From positions 37,634 through 101,633 of IMG/VR virus record IMGVR_UViG_3300039310_000050: a stretch of DNA of 64,000 nucleotides. One strand, given 5' to 3'. Shown piece by piece: positions 10,179-19,625 of the stretch. Every line of letters starts with the position of its first letter. Positions within the stretch are counted from its first letter, which is position 1. The stretch comes from a virus. The position numbers and the translations under genes were made by a program. The notes below the pieces were generated by a model. It saw only the letters and a program-made list of their open reading frames with translations. It had not been told where the DNA came from and did no database searches.

Positions 10179-12838
10179 ACGAAAAATTTATCCATATCTT
10201 CTATTTTTTCTGTACTCCACCCAATTGGGTCTAAAATTTTCTCAATTGGATTTATAAAAGTCTTTTCATACATTTTTTCATAATCAACATACTTATGCAA
10301 TCCAAATTCTGGTGGTAATTTACCATTAAAAGCAATTACTTGATCATCAATTGGATTAGGTTGTTTCAAATATACATACTTGATTCTTTCAGATGATGTA
10401 ATTGGAGGATATTTTTTCTGCAACTTTTTATCCTCTAAACATTTATTATAAATTAAAACGGCTTTAACTCCAATATCTGTTCCTTTTTTATAAGTGTCTG
10501 CTTCATCTTCCCATTTTTTTAAATTATTCACTCCTCGAGGGCGGGCAATATCTTCAACTGGTAATTTCATAAACTTTTGTCGAAATGTTTCTATGAAATC
10601 TGCCATTTCAAATTGTGTTCCTGTCATCATAATTTGGACAGCTTTTCTCATTGCATCTCGGCAATATTGTGGGGTACTTGATTTAACAAGATCAAATCCC
10701 ATAATTTTCAATTTAGAAACTCGTTTAGTATTTTTACTTTTACAATCATTACAAGGTGGTGCTTTTTCAGAAGGACCAGAAAACTCATTATGGCAAGCAT
10801 TACATTCAAAATAATTATCACCTTCTGAATTCCATACTTGTAAAGCGTAGTGCTTCTTGGATGCCCAAATGCCGCGGTCTGCTAATACTTCCCGTTTCAT
10901 ACTTAAGATCGGCTTTTCAAGTTTCATCCCATTGATAAGGTCATTTGTAATTTGAGAAAACAATTGATCAATCAATGGTTCTAATTTAGTCTTACAAACT
11001 TTATCCAAGAAACTAATCAATGTCTCAATATCTGGTTTCTTTCCTTTAAACACATGCTGAATCAATTTATCCAAACTTACATAAACTGAATCTGTATCTG
11101 AATAAATCACAAAATCTAAATTTTCAGTCTTATATAGGTCATTAAAATACCGATTCAATTCACGCGCAATATATTGGATGATGAATTGCCCAGTCATTGT
11201 GACCGCTTCAGCATTGTCCAAATCATACCAACGAAAATAAGGATTTCCATAAGCACCGTAAAGTGAATTGAGCAAAATTTTAGTTGCTTTTTGTTTTACA
11301 TCTAATTTGGAAACCAAATTCTCTAATTCTATTTTTCTCTTTGGATCGGTACATCTTTCTAATTCTTTTTTAGCTGCTTTCAGATCCGCTTGATATTTCT
11401 TCCGTTTAGTAAAAATAGTTTCAACCATGCGACTATAGAAACTTTGTTTCTCCTTACTATAGAAAACTCCATTAGAAGCACTAGTACAATTATTACTTGT
11501 CGCTCTACCAAAAGCCTCTTCCCATTTATCATTTTCCGCCAACACATCATCAGAATTTAAATTCATTTTCAGGTCGGTTAATTTAACTTCAGGACCAATA
11601 TTCAGTACGCGAATAATATTAGGATACAGTGAAGCTACGTCAAACGATACTACACTTTCATAAACTCCCGGATTAGGTGGTTTAACATATGCACCTACAT
11701 ATTGATCCTTTTTCTCTTGATATTCTTTTTGTGGGATTACAATCTTCTCTTGATGAAGCCAATTAAAGATCAATACATCCCATGTTCTTACTTGCGCGAG
11801 AACATCCATAAAATTCACTTTAGCCAAATAAGCTACATCAACAGTTAACGCAATCAGATTTACTTTCTTTTCCAATTGTTCAATCAAATTCACATCTTGG
11901 ATATTATATTCAGTAAACCATTGAAAATCTTTTTCATAAAATTCTTTCATAGTTTCATATTTTTCTCGCCAATCAACTTTTCCTTCACCTTTCAATTCTG
12001 TTTTGGCAATATAATCCAATTTATAATTTTCTCTTGGATCTTTGATATTTTTAACATAGATCTGATAATAATCGATTTGAGATATCCCATAAATCTCATA
12101 ACATTGCCATTCTCTATGATTGAAATCTACTGAAACCGCTTGGACAATTCCCCATGTTGATAATTTCTTTGCGGTCTTTTCATCAAACAAATTCATTAAA
12201 CGATTATACAAATATGGGATATCAAAGAATCTTGAATTCCATCCTGTGATAATATCAGGGTCTAATTTATTCCAGAATTCAAGGAACCCCAAAAGCATTT
12301 CTTTTTCACTTTCAAATTCATAATGCTTAATGTTCTTTGATTTTGGAACAAAATGATTCTTCTTATTATATTTCTTTCCATCTACGAATGTGAAAACATG
12401 GAAGATATCAACATTGAATTCTTTAACAGTCAGAACATTGATTCGTTCACGCGCTATCTTCGCATCATCCTGTGTAAATCCTTGTTCGTTCTCATGCTCT
12501 AAATCGAGAGAAACAATACAAAGAGCATTCAATGAATATTCAAGGTCATGTTCTGGATATTCTTCAGCAATAAAACTATATTGAAATTGTGAATTCCCAT
12601 AGATGGGATACTGATCATTTTCGGCATGATCTTTGATAAATTCCCGCGCTTCTTTGATTTCATTGAAATGTATGGGTTCAACCGGATCTCCGACTAATGT
12701 ATGCCATTCTGAATTAGATTTTCCTGGGACATATAAGGTCGGGTGATATTTTATCCGGTACCGTTTTCTTTTCCCGTTATCAAATTCCTTTAATAGTACA
12801 TTTGAACCATAACAACATACATTGGTGTAAAATTTCAT
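10175..12838 (-). CDS. 43: Family B DNA polymerase gp43, with Zn-ribbon insertion
   Basis: Exo DLE and GWNS.FFDIPY; pol SFDVASLYP, KILLNSLYG, YSDTDS, KKHYAL, LKIMG. Confidence 0.97.
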   Translation of the reverse strand: MKFYTNVCCYGSNVLLKEFDNGKRKRYRIKYHPTLYVPGKSNSEWHTLVGDPVEPIHFNEIKEAREFIKDHAENDQYPIYGNSQFQYSFIAEEYPEHDLEYSLNALCIVSLDLEHENEQGFTQDDAKIARERINVLTVKEFNVDIFHVFTFVDGKKYNKKNHFVPKSKNIKHYEFESEKEMLLGFLEFWNKLDPDIITGWNSRFFDIPYLYNRLMNLFDEKTAKKLSTWGIVQAVSVDFNHREWQCYEIYGISQIDYYQIYVKNIKDPRENYKLDYIAKTELKGEGKVDWREKYETMKEFYEKDFQWFTEYNIQDVNLIEQLEKKVNLIALTVDVAYLAKVNFMDVLAQVRTWDVLIFNWLHQEKIVIPQKEYQEKKDQYVGAYVKPPNPGVYESVVSFDVASLYPNIIRVLNIGPEVKLTDLKMNLNSDDVLAENDKWEEAFGRATSNNCTSASNGVFYSKEKQSFYSRMVETIFTKRKKYQADLKAAKKELERCTDPKRKIELENLVSKLDVKQKATKILLNSLYGAYGNPYFRWYDLDNAEAVTMTGQFIIQYIARELNRYFNDLYKTENLDFVIYSDTDSVYVSLDKLIQHVFKGKKPDIETLISFLDKVCKTKLEPLIDQLFSQITNDLINGMKLEKPILSMKREVLADRGIWASKKHYALQVWNSEGDNYFECNACHNEFSGPSEKAPPCNDCKSKNTKRVSKLKIMGFDLVKSSTPQYCRDAMRKAVQIMMTGTQFEMADFIETFRQKFMKLPVEDIARPRGVNNLKKWEDEADTYKKGTDIGVKAVLIYNKCLEDKKLQKKYPPITSSERIKYVYLKQPNPIDDQVIAFNGKLPPEFGLHKYVDYEKMYEKTFINPIEKILDPIGWSTEKIEDMDKFFV

Positions 12839-12870
12839 AATGAATTCCTAAAACATTTATATCCTTTATG

Positions 12871-13464
12871 TTATTTGTGTTTTCCTTCCGAAACTTTATA
12901 CATACAATCATAATTGAGTTTATGAATCTTACAAAATTTATATAAATTATTAACAATTCGCATTTTAAAATCCGGATAAACTATTTTCCAATTTTTGGAA
13001 TGTAATTCAGAATTTTGTTTTAGAAATCTTTTGGAACGCTTAAGTCCTAATTGATTATTTGGCTTACCAATTTTAGATTCCGATAAATGTATCTTATGTT
13101 CTTCTGATTTCTTTTTTCCAGAAAGAGATTTTGATATTTTTATATTTGTCTTTTTGGAATTTTTTCCATGACCACCTCCACCAACAGTATAATTATAACC
13201 GTGTTTATAGGTATCAAAATAAAATATACAAAGTATTTCCAAATTTAAGGCTTCTTTTAAAGTAGGAATATTATCAATTAAAATTTGGTGAATCCATTGA
13301 TTTTCTTTTGTATATTTTCTTATAGCGTAATCTATTTTCAATTTATGGTTTTCATTTTTAGAGTGTTTAATTTCTTCTTTCCAACGGACCATCATTGGTT
13401 TATAAGTATATCCAATATATGCTTTCTTGGAAATTTTACAAGTATGTTTATAAATTAGATACAT
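12871..13464 (-). CDS. GIY-YIG homing endonuclease (Seg-like, NUMOD3)
   Basis: LIYKHT...AYIGYT, GYNYT.GG, KSEEHK repeats. Confidence 0.88.
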   Translation of the reverse strand: MYLIYKHTCKISKKAYIGYTYKPMMVRWKEEIKHSKNENHKLKIDYAIRKYTKENQWIHQILIDNIPTLKEALNLEILCIFYFDTYKHGYNYTVGGGGHGKNSKKTNIKISKSLSGKKKSEEHKIHLSESKIGKPNNQLGLKRSKRFLKQNSELHSKNWKIVYPDFKMRIVNNLYKFCKIHKLNYDCMYKVSEGKHK

Positions 13465-13478
13465 AGCTCTATTTACAT

Positions 13479-13508
13479 ATTATATCATAATTTGCTATTG
13501 TTTGTCAA
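13479..13508 (-). promoter_or_regulatory. Sigma70-type promoter
   Basis: TTGACA-18-TATAAT upstream of the GIY-YIG gene. Confidence 0.7.
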
Positions 13509-13516
13509 TATAAATA
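13509..13516 (+). promoter_or_regulatory. T4-type late promoter
   Basis: TATAAATA 5 nt before the lysozyme ATG. Confidence 0.8.
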
Positions 13517-13521
13517 TTAAC

Positions 13522-13968
13522 ATGAACGTATCACAAAATGGATTAAACCGAATCGAACATTCTGAAGGATTTGTCGATCATGCTTATCCCGATGCAGGTG
13601 GATTATCTATTGGATATGGCACAAATCTTAATACACCAGAATTACTTGCCAAATATAATGTACCCGGAGTGACCATCACTCAAGCGGAAGCTGTGGAACT
13701 AATGATGGTTAAAATTGCGGCTATTGAGGCCGCATTCGCTGCGAGTATTATTGTTCCACTCACACAGAACCAATATGATGCTTTAGCCAGTTTTACTTAT
13801 AATATGGGTATAGCATCTTTTGAAACATCTACTTTATTGAAACTTCTAAATCAGAAAAATTACCAAGGTGCTGCGGATCAATTATTGCGTTGGGTATATT
13901 CTCAAGGTAAAGTGAGTACTGGACTAACTTACCGCAGACAAGAGGAAAGAACTTTGTTTCTTACTTAA
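13522..13968 (+). CDS. GH24 phage lysozyme (endolysin)
   Basis: SEG...AYPD.GG.SIGYG, LTQNQYDALASFTYN.G, GL..RR.EE. Confidence 0.92.
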   Translation: MNVSQNGLNRIEHSEGFVDHAYPDAGGLSIGYGTNLNTPELLAKYNVPGVTITQAEAVELMMVKIAAIEAAFAASIIVPLTQNQYDALASFTYNMGIASFETSTLLKLLNQKNYQGAADQLLRWVYSQGKVSTGLTYRRQEERTLFLT

Positions 13969-14100
13969 CCTGTTCTAAAACTTTAGCAACAATTTCCTTA
14001 TCAATCTCTTCCATAATAGATTCTGGAGAAATTCCAAAGAAATGCATTATACCTTCAGGAACTTCTTGAAAATTAGAATTAACATATACAAGATGGATCA

Positions 14101-14625
14101 TTAAAATATTCCAGTTGAATTAAATCCACCTGTTCTTTGAGTTTTCTTACCAGGTGGTTGGTAAAGTTCTTCCAAAACACTATGGATTTTACGTTCTAAT
14201 TTCGCTTGTGCTATACGTTCTCCATTTTGAATGGTAATAGAATTTTCTGTAGTATTCATTACACAAATAAAAAGTTCATTTACATAATCCCAATCAATGA
14301 TCCCAGTTGAATTACAAAGGATTAATCCCGTTTTAAAAGCAGTCCCACCACGCAGATTTACATCAACTCTATATCCTTCAGGTATATCAAGAATTAAACC
14401 AGTAGGAATTTTATAACGCCAGTTTGGCCATAAAATCAATTCAGGATTTATAAGTGGTACATATTGAAATGCAACTTCATTATTATCTCTATAACATTCA
14501 ATTGAAGATCCATCTAAAAATACCCGCAAATCAAAAGCGGCCGCCCCATCAGTGGCATATGTAGGTATTTGAACTTCTTTGGATAATCTATAAAATTTCA
14601 AAATATTATTTACATTTTCTAGCAT
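14101..14625 (-). CDS. dut: Trimeric dUTPase
   Basis: AAFDL, PTGL, GIIDWDY, GERIAQ, RTGGFNSTG. Confidence 0.92.
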   Translation of the reverse strand: MLENVNNILKFYRLSKEVQIPTYATDGAAAFDLRVFLDGSSIECYRDNNEVAFQYVPLINPELILWPNWRYKIPTGLILDIPEGYRVDVNLRGGTAFKTGLILCNSTGIIDWDYVNELFICVMNTTENSITIQNGERIAQAKLERKIHSVLEELYQPPGKKTQRTGGFNSTGIF

Positions 14626-14959
14626 TCACCTTTTTTTCAACTTCCTTTTTATCTTTTTTAACTTTAGCTTTTTTACGGGAAGCTTCCATTCTAGCATCAC
14701 AATCTGCAATAGCTTCTTGAACTGCTAATTTAGCAGAATATAGACTAATATATGATCCAAATTCTTCATCATTTACTTCTACTTCCCAAATAAAATTTTC
14801 ATCTCCATCTTCATCATCATAACTAGTGAAGACTATAGCCAATACTTTGTTATTTTCATCAACAAGCGAATGGCATTGTTTATTAACTCGGATCCACTGA
14901 GTAGTTTCTAACATAGGAAATCCTTTTTTATTTCGGATTCCATAATCTAATTCTGTCAT
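14606..14959 (-). CDS. Hypothetical protein
   Basis: ORF with SD in operon context. Confidence 0.6.
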   Translation of the reverse strand: MTELDYGIRNKKGFPMLETTQWIRVNKQCHSLVDENNKVLAIVFTSYDDEDGDENFIWEVEVNDEEFGSYISLYSAKLAVQEAIADCDARMEASRKKAKVKKDKKEVEKKVNARKCK

Positions 14960-14977
14960 TCAATTATCCTCAAAATA

Positions 14978-15763
14978 TTATGGTCGGGATGAAAGAAATG
15001 ATGCTCCTGTTAAAGCAATACTTGTTACTGGATTTAAATTTCGATAAATTACTGCCGCATTTAACCCATAACCGATAAGCCGGTCATACCATTTAGGATT
15101 AGTCAATCTTCTAAAATTCCCTGTAATCGCATCTACATTATTTGTAATACTTCCAGCATCTTTCATCAAACTTGGAAAACCTGCATTAAAAGTTTTTGTC
15201 ATATCACTAATATCACGCCCTGTATAACGGAAATTAGCTAATACATCTGTTGTCATGTTTTGCCAACATAAACCATTTGTAGTACAATCTGTTTGTTGAT
15301 TAAATCTTTCCCCAACTTGTGCCGGAAGAGCAGCATATACTGTTGTCACTTGATCTATATTTTTATTTAATTCCGTTTCCTGTTCATTCAAATTTGCATT
15401 AAAAGTACCTAATTGCGTATTAACATTTGCTGATAAAATATCTACCGTTTCCGTAAATTTATCCACACGGGCGAATACATCGGTTTTAAAACTCTGTTTA
15501 GGTCCTAATAAAGCGTCCTGGATATTCCCAACTCTCTTATCCGTTTTATCAAATAATTGCGTAGTCAATTCCTGAAAACTATCAGCACGTTTATTTACCA
15601 ATGCAATTGTATCTGTTCTTAATACATTCATTTGTATTGTAGCATTATTTTGTAAGGAAGTCAACTGAGAATTGATAATAAATGGGAGAGTAAAAAATGC
15701 ACCTGCTATGGCACAATACATTAGAATTTTAGAATATATTAAAAGCCTTTTTTCTACTAACAT
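14978..15763 (-). CDS. Membrane-anchored helical/coiled-coil protein
   Basis: N-terminal TM segment followed by a long amphipathic helical region. Confidence 0.6.
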   Translation of the reverse strand: MLVEKRLLIYSKILMYCAIAGAFFTLPFIINSQLTSLQNNATIQMNVLRTDTIALVNKRADSFQELTTQLFDKTDKRVGNIQDALLGPKQSFKTDVFARVDKFTETVDILSANVNTQLGTFNANLNEQETELNKNIDQVTTVYAALPAQVGERFNQQTDCTTNGLCWQNMTTDVLANFRYTGRDISDMTKTFNAGFPSLMKDAGSITNNVDAITGNFRRLTNPKWYDRLIGYGLNAAVIYRNLNPVTSIALTGASFLSSRP

Positions 15764-16080
15764 GAAAAATTTCCTCCAAATAGGAGAGATAATTCATTAT
15801 CATTAGTGCAATGAATTGCCGCACCCACCAATCTTCCATTTTTAAAAGCATAGATATCTGGCAAATTCCTAACAGAGAATTTTTCAACCAATTCTCTTTC
15901 AGTATCATAATCAACTGAATAAACTTTAACAATATGTAAATTGGATTCATTCACCGTTTCTAAATAATTACGTGTTTGAATTCCTATAGTATCCCAAGTA
16001 GCTGTAAAATATACAATAACTGGGCATAAAGCTTCAATAACTTTAGATTGGAAATCTTTAAATGTAAGATTTTCTATCAT
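15757..16080 (-). CDS. Thioredoxin-fold protein lacking CxxC
   Basis: PVIVYFTATWDTIG...VDYD...FSVRNLP..YAFKNG. Confidence 0.75.
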   Translation of the reverse strand: MIENLTFKDFQSKVIEALCPVIVYFTATWDTIGIQTRNYLETVNESNLHIVKVYSVDYDTERELVEKFSVRNLPDIYAFKNGRLVGAAIHCTNDNELSLLFGGNFSC

Positions 16081-16544
16081 TATAACCTCGATATTTCATT
16101 AACAATATCTGTTAAGAAATGTTGATAATCGGCATGTGGTTTAATACCGTATCTTTGGCAAGTTACATCAATATTATCAAATCGAAAATATGATGGAGGA
16201 CAATATACTATCACTTCTTTATGACTACCTAAACACTGTCCTAATTCTAAAAGTGAAATTGGACTTTGTTTAGATGGATCAAAATAGAAAACTACAATAG
16301 TCGCTAATTTAATTGCCTCTTGTTCCCAAGTAATTTGTTTACGTAATTGAGATCCGCCAAGATTAGGATTCCAATTCTTCCGGCGAGGATTAAGAACCAC
16401 AATATAATCGAAACGATCTAATTCTTTGGCTAATTTATCTTGCCAATCGATAGCAGTCCCATTAGCAATAGATCCAGCCAGAAAAATACTAAATCTATTA
16501 TTAGCTATTCCAAATTCGTGTGGTGCTTCTATTACTGTGGCCAT
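16080..16544 (-). CDS. Nucleoside 2-deoxyribosyltransferase-like protein
   Basis: IFLAGSI...WQ...LNPRR...QITWE...SPISLLELG. Confidence 0.85.
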   Translation of the reverse strand: MATVIEAPHEFGIANNRFSIFLAGSIANGTAIDWQDKLAKELDRFDYIVVLNPRRKNWNPNLGGSQLRKQITWEQEAIKLATIVVFYFDPSKQSPISLLELGQCLGSHKEVIVYCPPSYFRFDNIDVTCQRYGIKPHADYQHFLTDIVNEISRL

Positions 16545-16555
16545 TTTATTCCTTT

Positions 16556-16631
16556 TGGCAGGGGTGGGGAGACTCGAACTCCCGTCTTACAGTTTTGGAG
16601 ACTGCCATCCTTCCCATTAAACGACACCCCT
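16556..16631 (-). tRNA. tRNA-Trp(CCA)
   Basis: Cloverleaf, loop CT-CCA-AA, encoded CCA end. Confidence 0.93.
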
Positions 16632-16649
16632 ATTAGTGGCGTTATACAA

Positions 16650-16934
16650 TTATTTATCGCTTTCTAATTCTAATAAAATATCATTAGGGATATTATCTTT
16701 AGACAAAATCATAAATGGTGCCACAAAAAGAGTTACTGTTTTTACTTTCCAAGTTTTTGCTCTTCCAATTCTATAATCCCATTTATCTTCTATACGAGCC
16801 CGAATAGAAATATTACCATTTTCTGTAATGTTGACAACTCTTCCAACTCTTAAATGTGTTCCTTTATATTTACTAGAAGTGGGAGCAGCGATATAATCTC
16901 CAATTTTAATTTCACGTTCAAAAATATCTTTCAT
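16650..16934 (-). CDS. Hypothetical phage protein
   Basis: MKDIFEREIKIGD N-terminus, SH3-like appearance. Confidence 0.6.
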   Translation of the reverse strand: MKDIFEREIKIGDYIAAPTSSKYKGTHLRVGRVVNITENGNISIRARIEDKWDYRIGRAKTWKVKTVTLFVAPFMILSKDNIPNDILLELESDK

Positions 16935-17803
16935 ACTTTTATAATTTTTCCTTTTGAGAAAATAGCAGCTAAATCCGATAAATTACCAGCATTCTTAACC
17001 AAAATACTGGCCATAGAAAACATAACCATCATTGTTATTACCTTTAGTGCCTTTTCATATCCGGATTGTGGATTAACACAATCGGATATAATATGCATAT
17101 CAATCGGTGCATGAGGTGGTACTCTATAAAATTCATCCATAATTATTATTTGCGGAAATTGTTTCTGCATTTTTTCAGCAATTATCTGTTCTTCTGGTTG
17201 AAACCAAATTTTATATGTTGGATGTTCTATTAATAAATTCTCTAAAATACCAAAATAATCTTCAATTGAAACCAATTTCAAACCAGGATTAATTCGTAAA
17301 TCATTAAATTTATTTGTTCCTCTGTGAGAAACCGCTATTGTTTCTTCTGGAATTAAATTATACCTTTTAAAAAGTATATTTGCATACTGTTGTACACTTG
17401 GACTCCATTTTACAAGTCGTGGTACAATTTCCCTTAATAATTCCATTTCAGATACATTATAAACATCAATACGACCTAATGTTAAAAGATCATTCAACTT
17501 TCGCATATATTCACCCATACCAATAGGGTATGGATATACTTGCGGCCAAATATCATGTGGATTATCTAAGACTTCATCTAATTCTACTAACGGTTGTTCA
17601 AAAAACCAATCCCAAACATTTGGTCCTAATAATATAGGAGCATTTGAATCTTTATATAAACCAATTGTAGATCCTCGGCGCCAATCAACGGCCGCTTTAA
17701 TTCCACACAATTCAGCATTTCGGAGCATCAATACATAATTCAATATATGAAATGCTAATGGTGATTCATCATCGCTATCACATTGGATTAATGCATAACT
17801 CAT
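16931..17803 (-). CDS. NodZ/O-fucosyltransferase-like glycosyltransferase
   Basis: NVWDWFFEQP and IAVSHRGTNK (cf. VHxRxTDK). Confidence 0.6.
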   Translation of the reverse strand: MSYALIQCDSDDESPLAFHILNYVLMLRNAELCGIKAAVDWRRGSTIGLYKDSNAPILLGPNVWDWFFEQPLVELDEVLDNPHDIWPQVYPYPIGMGEYMRKLNDLLTLGRIDVYNVSEMELLREIVPRLVKWSPSVQQYANILFKRYNLIPEETIAVSHRGTNKFNDLRINPGLKLVSIEDYFGILENLLIEHPTYKIWFQPEEQIIAEKMQKQFPQIIIMDEFYRVPPHAPIDMHIISDCVNPQSGYEKALKVITMMVMFSMASILVKNAGNLSDLAAIFSKGKIIKV

Positions 17804-17944
17804 GGTTTAAATTCCGTATCTTTAATAGAACAATTTGAGATTCTTTCTACTGGAAGAAGTCTTTCAATAAAATCACAAGCTTCCTCATAAGTATCAGTAG
17901 AAACCAATTTCTTTTTAGATTCATAAATAATAAAACGTTTAGTT

Positions 17945-18205
17945 TTATTCATTTTTAAGATTTTCCAAATAAGATCTTTGTTCTAAAAGTTCTTTTCTTT
18001 CATCTGCCAAAACCACTAATATAGAACAATCTATACCATATTTTTTCAAATTATCAAGTATATCTTTCCAATTACTACAGCTTATTGATTCTAATTTATC
18101 AGAAATATCTTTCAACATATAAGCAATATCATTAAATTTTCTTGTATTATCTTCTATTTTTCTTGCTACTTCTTTTTCTTTTTTAAAATATTCTTTTACT
18201 TCCAT
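17945..18205 (-). CDS. Hypothetical protein
   Basis: Start MEVKEY after a GGAGGGG SD; the longer ORF call overlaps tRNA-Leu. Confidence 0.6.
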   Translation of the reverse strand: MEVKEYFKKEKEVARKIEDNTRKFNDIAYMLKDISDKLESISCSNWKDILDNLKKYGIDCSILVVLADERKELLEQRSYLENLKNE

Positions 18206-18230
18206 AAAATTTCCCCTCCCTTCAAAAATT

Positions 18231-18307
18231 TGGTAGCCCGAGAGGGATTCGAACCCACAAAAAATAGCTCCTAAGGCTACCGCGTCTGCCAATTTCGCCA
18301 CCGGGCC
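18231..18307 (-). tRNA. tRNA-Leu(UAG) with no long variable arm
   Basis: Leu-type D arm GCGAAATTGGCAGACGC, loop CT-TAG-GA, variable region only T5, A73, CCA. Confidence 0.85.
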
Positions 18308-18319
18308 AATTTTACTTTT

Positions 18320-18511
18320 CTATAATACTTCCAAAACTGGTTTAGAAATTATTTTAACTTCTTTTACCAATTTATAAATACCAAAAATCACTTCTCCATC
18401 ACCACTATTATTGCGTAATTGTTCATTTAGAAATTCAGTATCTTGTAAATCTTTTTCATTTGAAGATACTATATTTTCATCAATATCACTATATATTAAC
18501 GTATTTTCCGT
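18320..18511 (-). CDS. Hypothetical protein, paralogue of upstream gene, possible ACG start
   Basis: EVIFGIYKLVKEVKI resembles EILVGVYELVRTYKL of 18513-18740. Confidence 0.45.
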   Translation of the reverse strand, partial: TENTLIYSDIDENIVSSNEKDLQDTEFLNEQLRNNSGDGEVIFGIYKLVKEVKIISKPVLEVL

Positions 18512-18512
18512 T

Positions 18513-18740
18513 TTATTTCCCTTTCTTTGGTGTAGTAACCAAAACTGCTGAAGGATTAGCAGATAATTTATAAGTTCTAACCAATTCATAAACTCCAACT
18601 AAAATTTCTTGTCCTTCATTAAAATTACTAAGGACATCTTCAACATACTCCTTTTGTTTTACATCAGATTCCTTAGTATCCAGATCAAAAGAATCCTTTC
18701 CTTCAACAACAACAATCGTTTTTAGTAAATTATGTGACAT
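18513..18740 (-). CDS. Hypothetical protein
   Basis: ORF in operon context. Confidence 0.6.
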   Translation of the reverse strand: MSHNLLKTIVVVEGKDSFDLDTKESDVKQKEYVEDVLSNFNEGQEILVGVYELVRTYKLSANPSAVLVTTPKKGK

Positions 18741-18756
18741 TTTTTTTCTCTCTTTT

Positions 18757-19119
18757 CTATAAATATAAACTTGGTAATTTAACTGCTTCTTCTACTAATC
18801 CAACCCAATAATCATCCAAATTATCAATATTAAAATCTTTTTCACCAAAACCATTATCCCTCAAAAAATTTCTAATATACATCCCATAACCAAAATGATA
18901 TTCTGTCCACCATTCTTGTGGGTCATTATCAATCGCTTGACGAATTTTATCTATTGATTCCCGTTTTAAATGAACTTTTAAAAATTGAACACATTCATTA
19001 CGTAAATCCGGTCTTAATAAAGCCACTTTATCCGCATGATATTTTTGCCAATTTTCTGGTAAATTCAAATCGACTTCACCAGTTATTTTCTCCTCGGTTT
19101 GTTTCCATATTCTAAACAT
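18757..19119 (-). CDS. Hypothetical protein (HFGxGxxIRN motif)
   Basis: Follows an early promoter; YHFGYGMYIRNFLR. Confidence 0.6.
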   Translation of the reverse strand: MFRIWKQTEEKITGEVDLNLPENWQKYHADKVALLRPDLRNECVQFLKVHLKRESIDKIRQAIDNDPQEWWTEYHFGYGMYIRNFLRDNGFGEKDFNIDNLDDYWVGLVEEAVKLPSLYL

Positions 19120-19181
19120 ATATTACCTTTTAAATGATTGGTTCCACATGTGGATGTAATTCTTCAAAATAACATAATCTA

Positions 19182-19210
19182 AATATATCACAAATAATTC
19201 TGGTTGTCAA
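19182..19210 (-). promoter_or_regulatory. Sigma70-type promoter
   Basis: TTGACA-17-TATATT with TG extension. Confidence 0.7.
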
Positions 19211-19220
19211 GTAAGAAATT

Positions 19221-19295
19221 TGGCTCTGGCCCTTGGATTCGAACCAAGATCCTAAATGTTAACAGCATTTCGCTTTACCATTAAGCTAGACCAGA
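19221..19295 (-). tRNA. tRNA-Asn(GUU)
   Basis: Cloverleaf, loop CT-GTT-AA, G73, CCA. Confidence 0.93.
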
Positions 19296-19306
19296 AGATC
19301 CTTTAG

Positions 19307-19538
19307 CTACCCGGGAATGTAATTACTTTCAGAATCTAAAACCAATTCATATTTGAGCAAGTAAAATTTATAATTTTCAATATAACATTGGTGGTCTTTT
19401 TAAATATAAATAATAGCTTGTGTAACATAATCAGGACGTTTGTATAATTTAGCTTTACTTATTTTTTATCCACGTATCACGACCACAATAAAATGGCTTA
19501 ATCCATCCATCATTACGCCGCAAAATATACACATTCAT
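19307..19538 (-). pseudogene. Disrupted small ORF
   Basis: SD + MNVYILRRNDGW...; +1 shift in an A-run gives ISKAKLYKRPDY..., then an in-frame TAA. Confidence 0.4.
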
Positions 19539-19550
19539 AATATTATCCTT

Positions 19551-19625
19551 TGGAGCGAGGTGCGAGGATCGAACTCGCATAAACTAGCTTGGAAGGCTAG
19601 CGCACAACCATTATACCAACCTCGC
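19551..19625 (-). tRNA. tRNA-Gly(UCC)
   Basis: GCG acceptor start, loop CT-TCC-AA, U73, CCA. Confidence 0.93.

Noticed and set aside
8483-12838. Definite Z-base (2-aminoadenine) genome
   Set aside because: No PurZ in the window; HD and DUF5664-like genes also occur in unmodified phages
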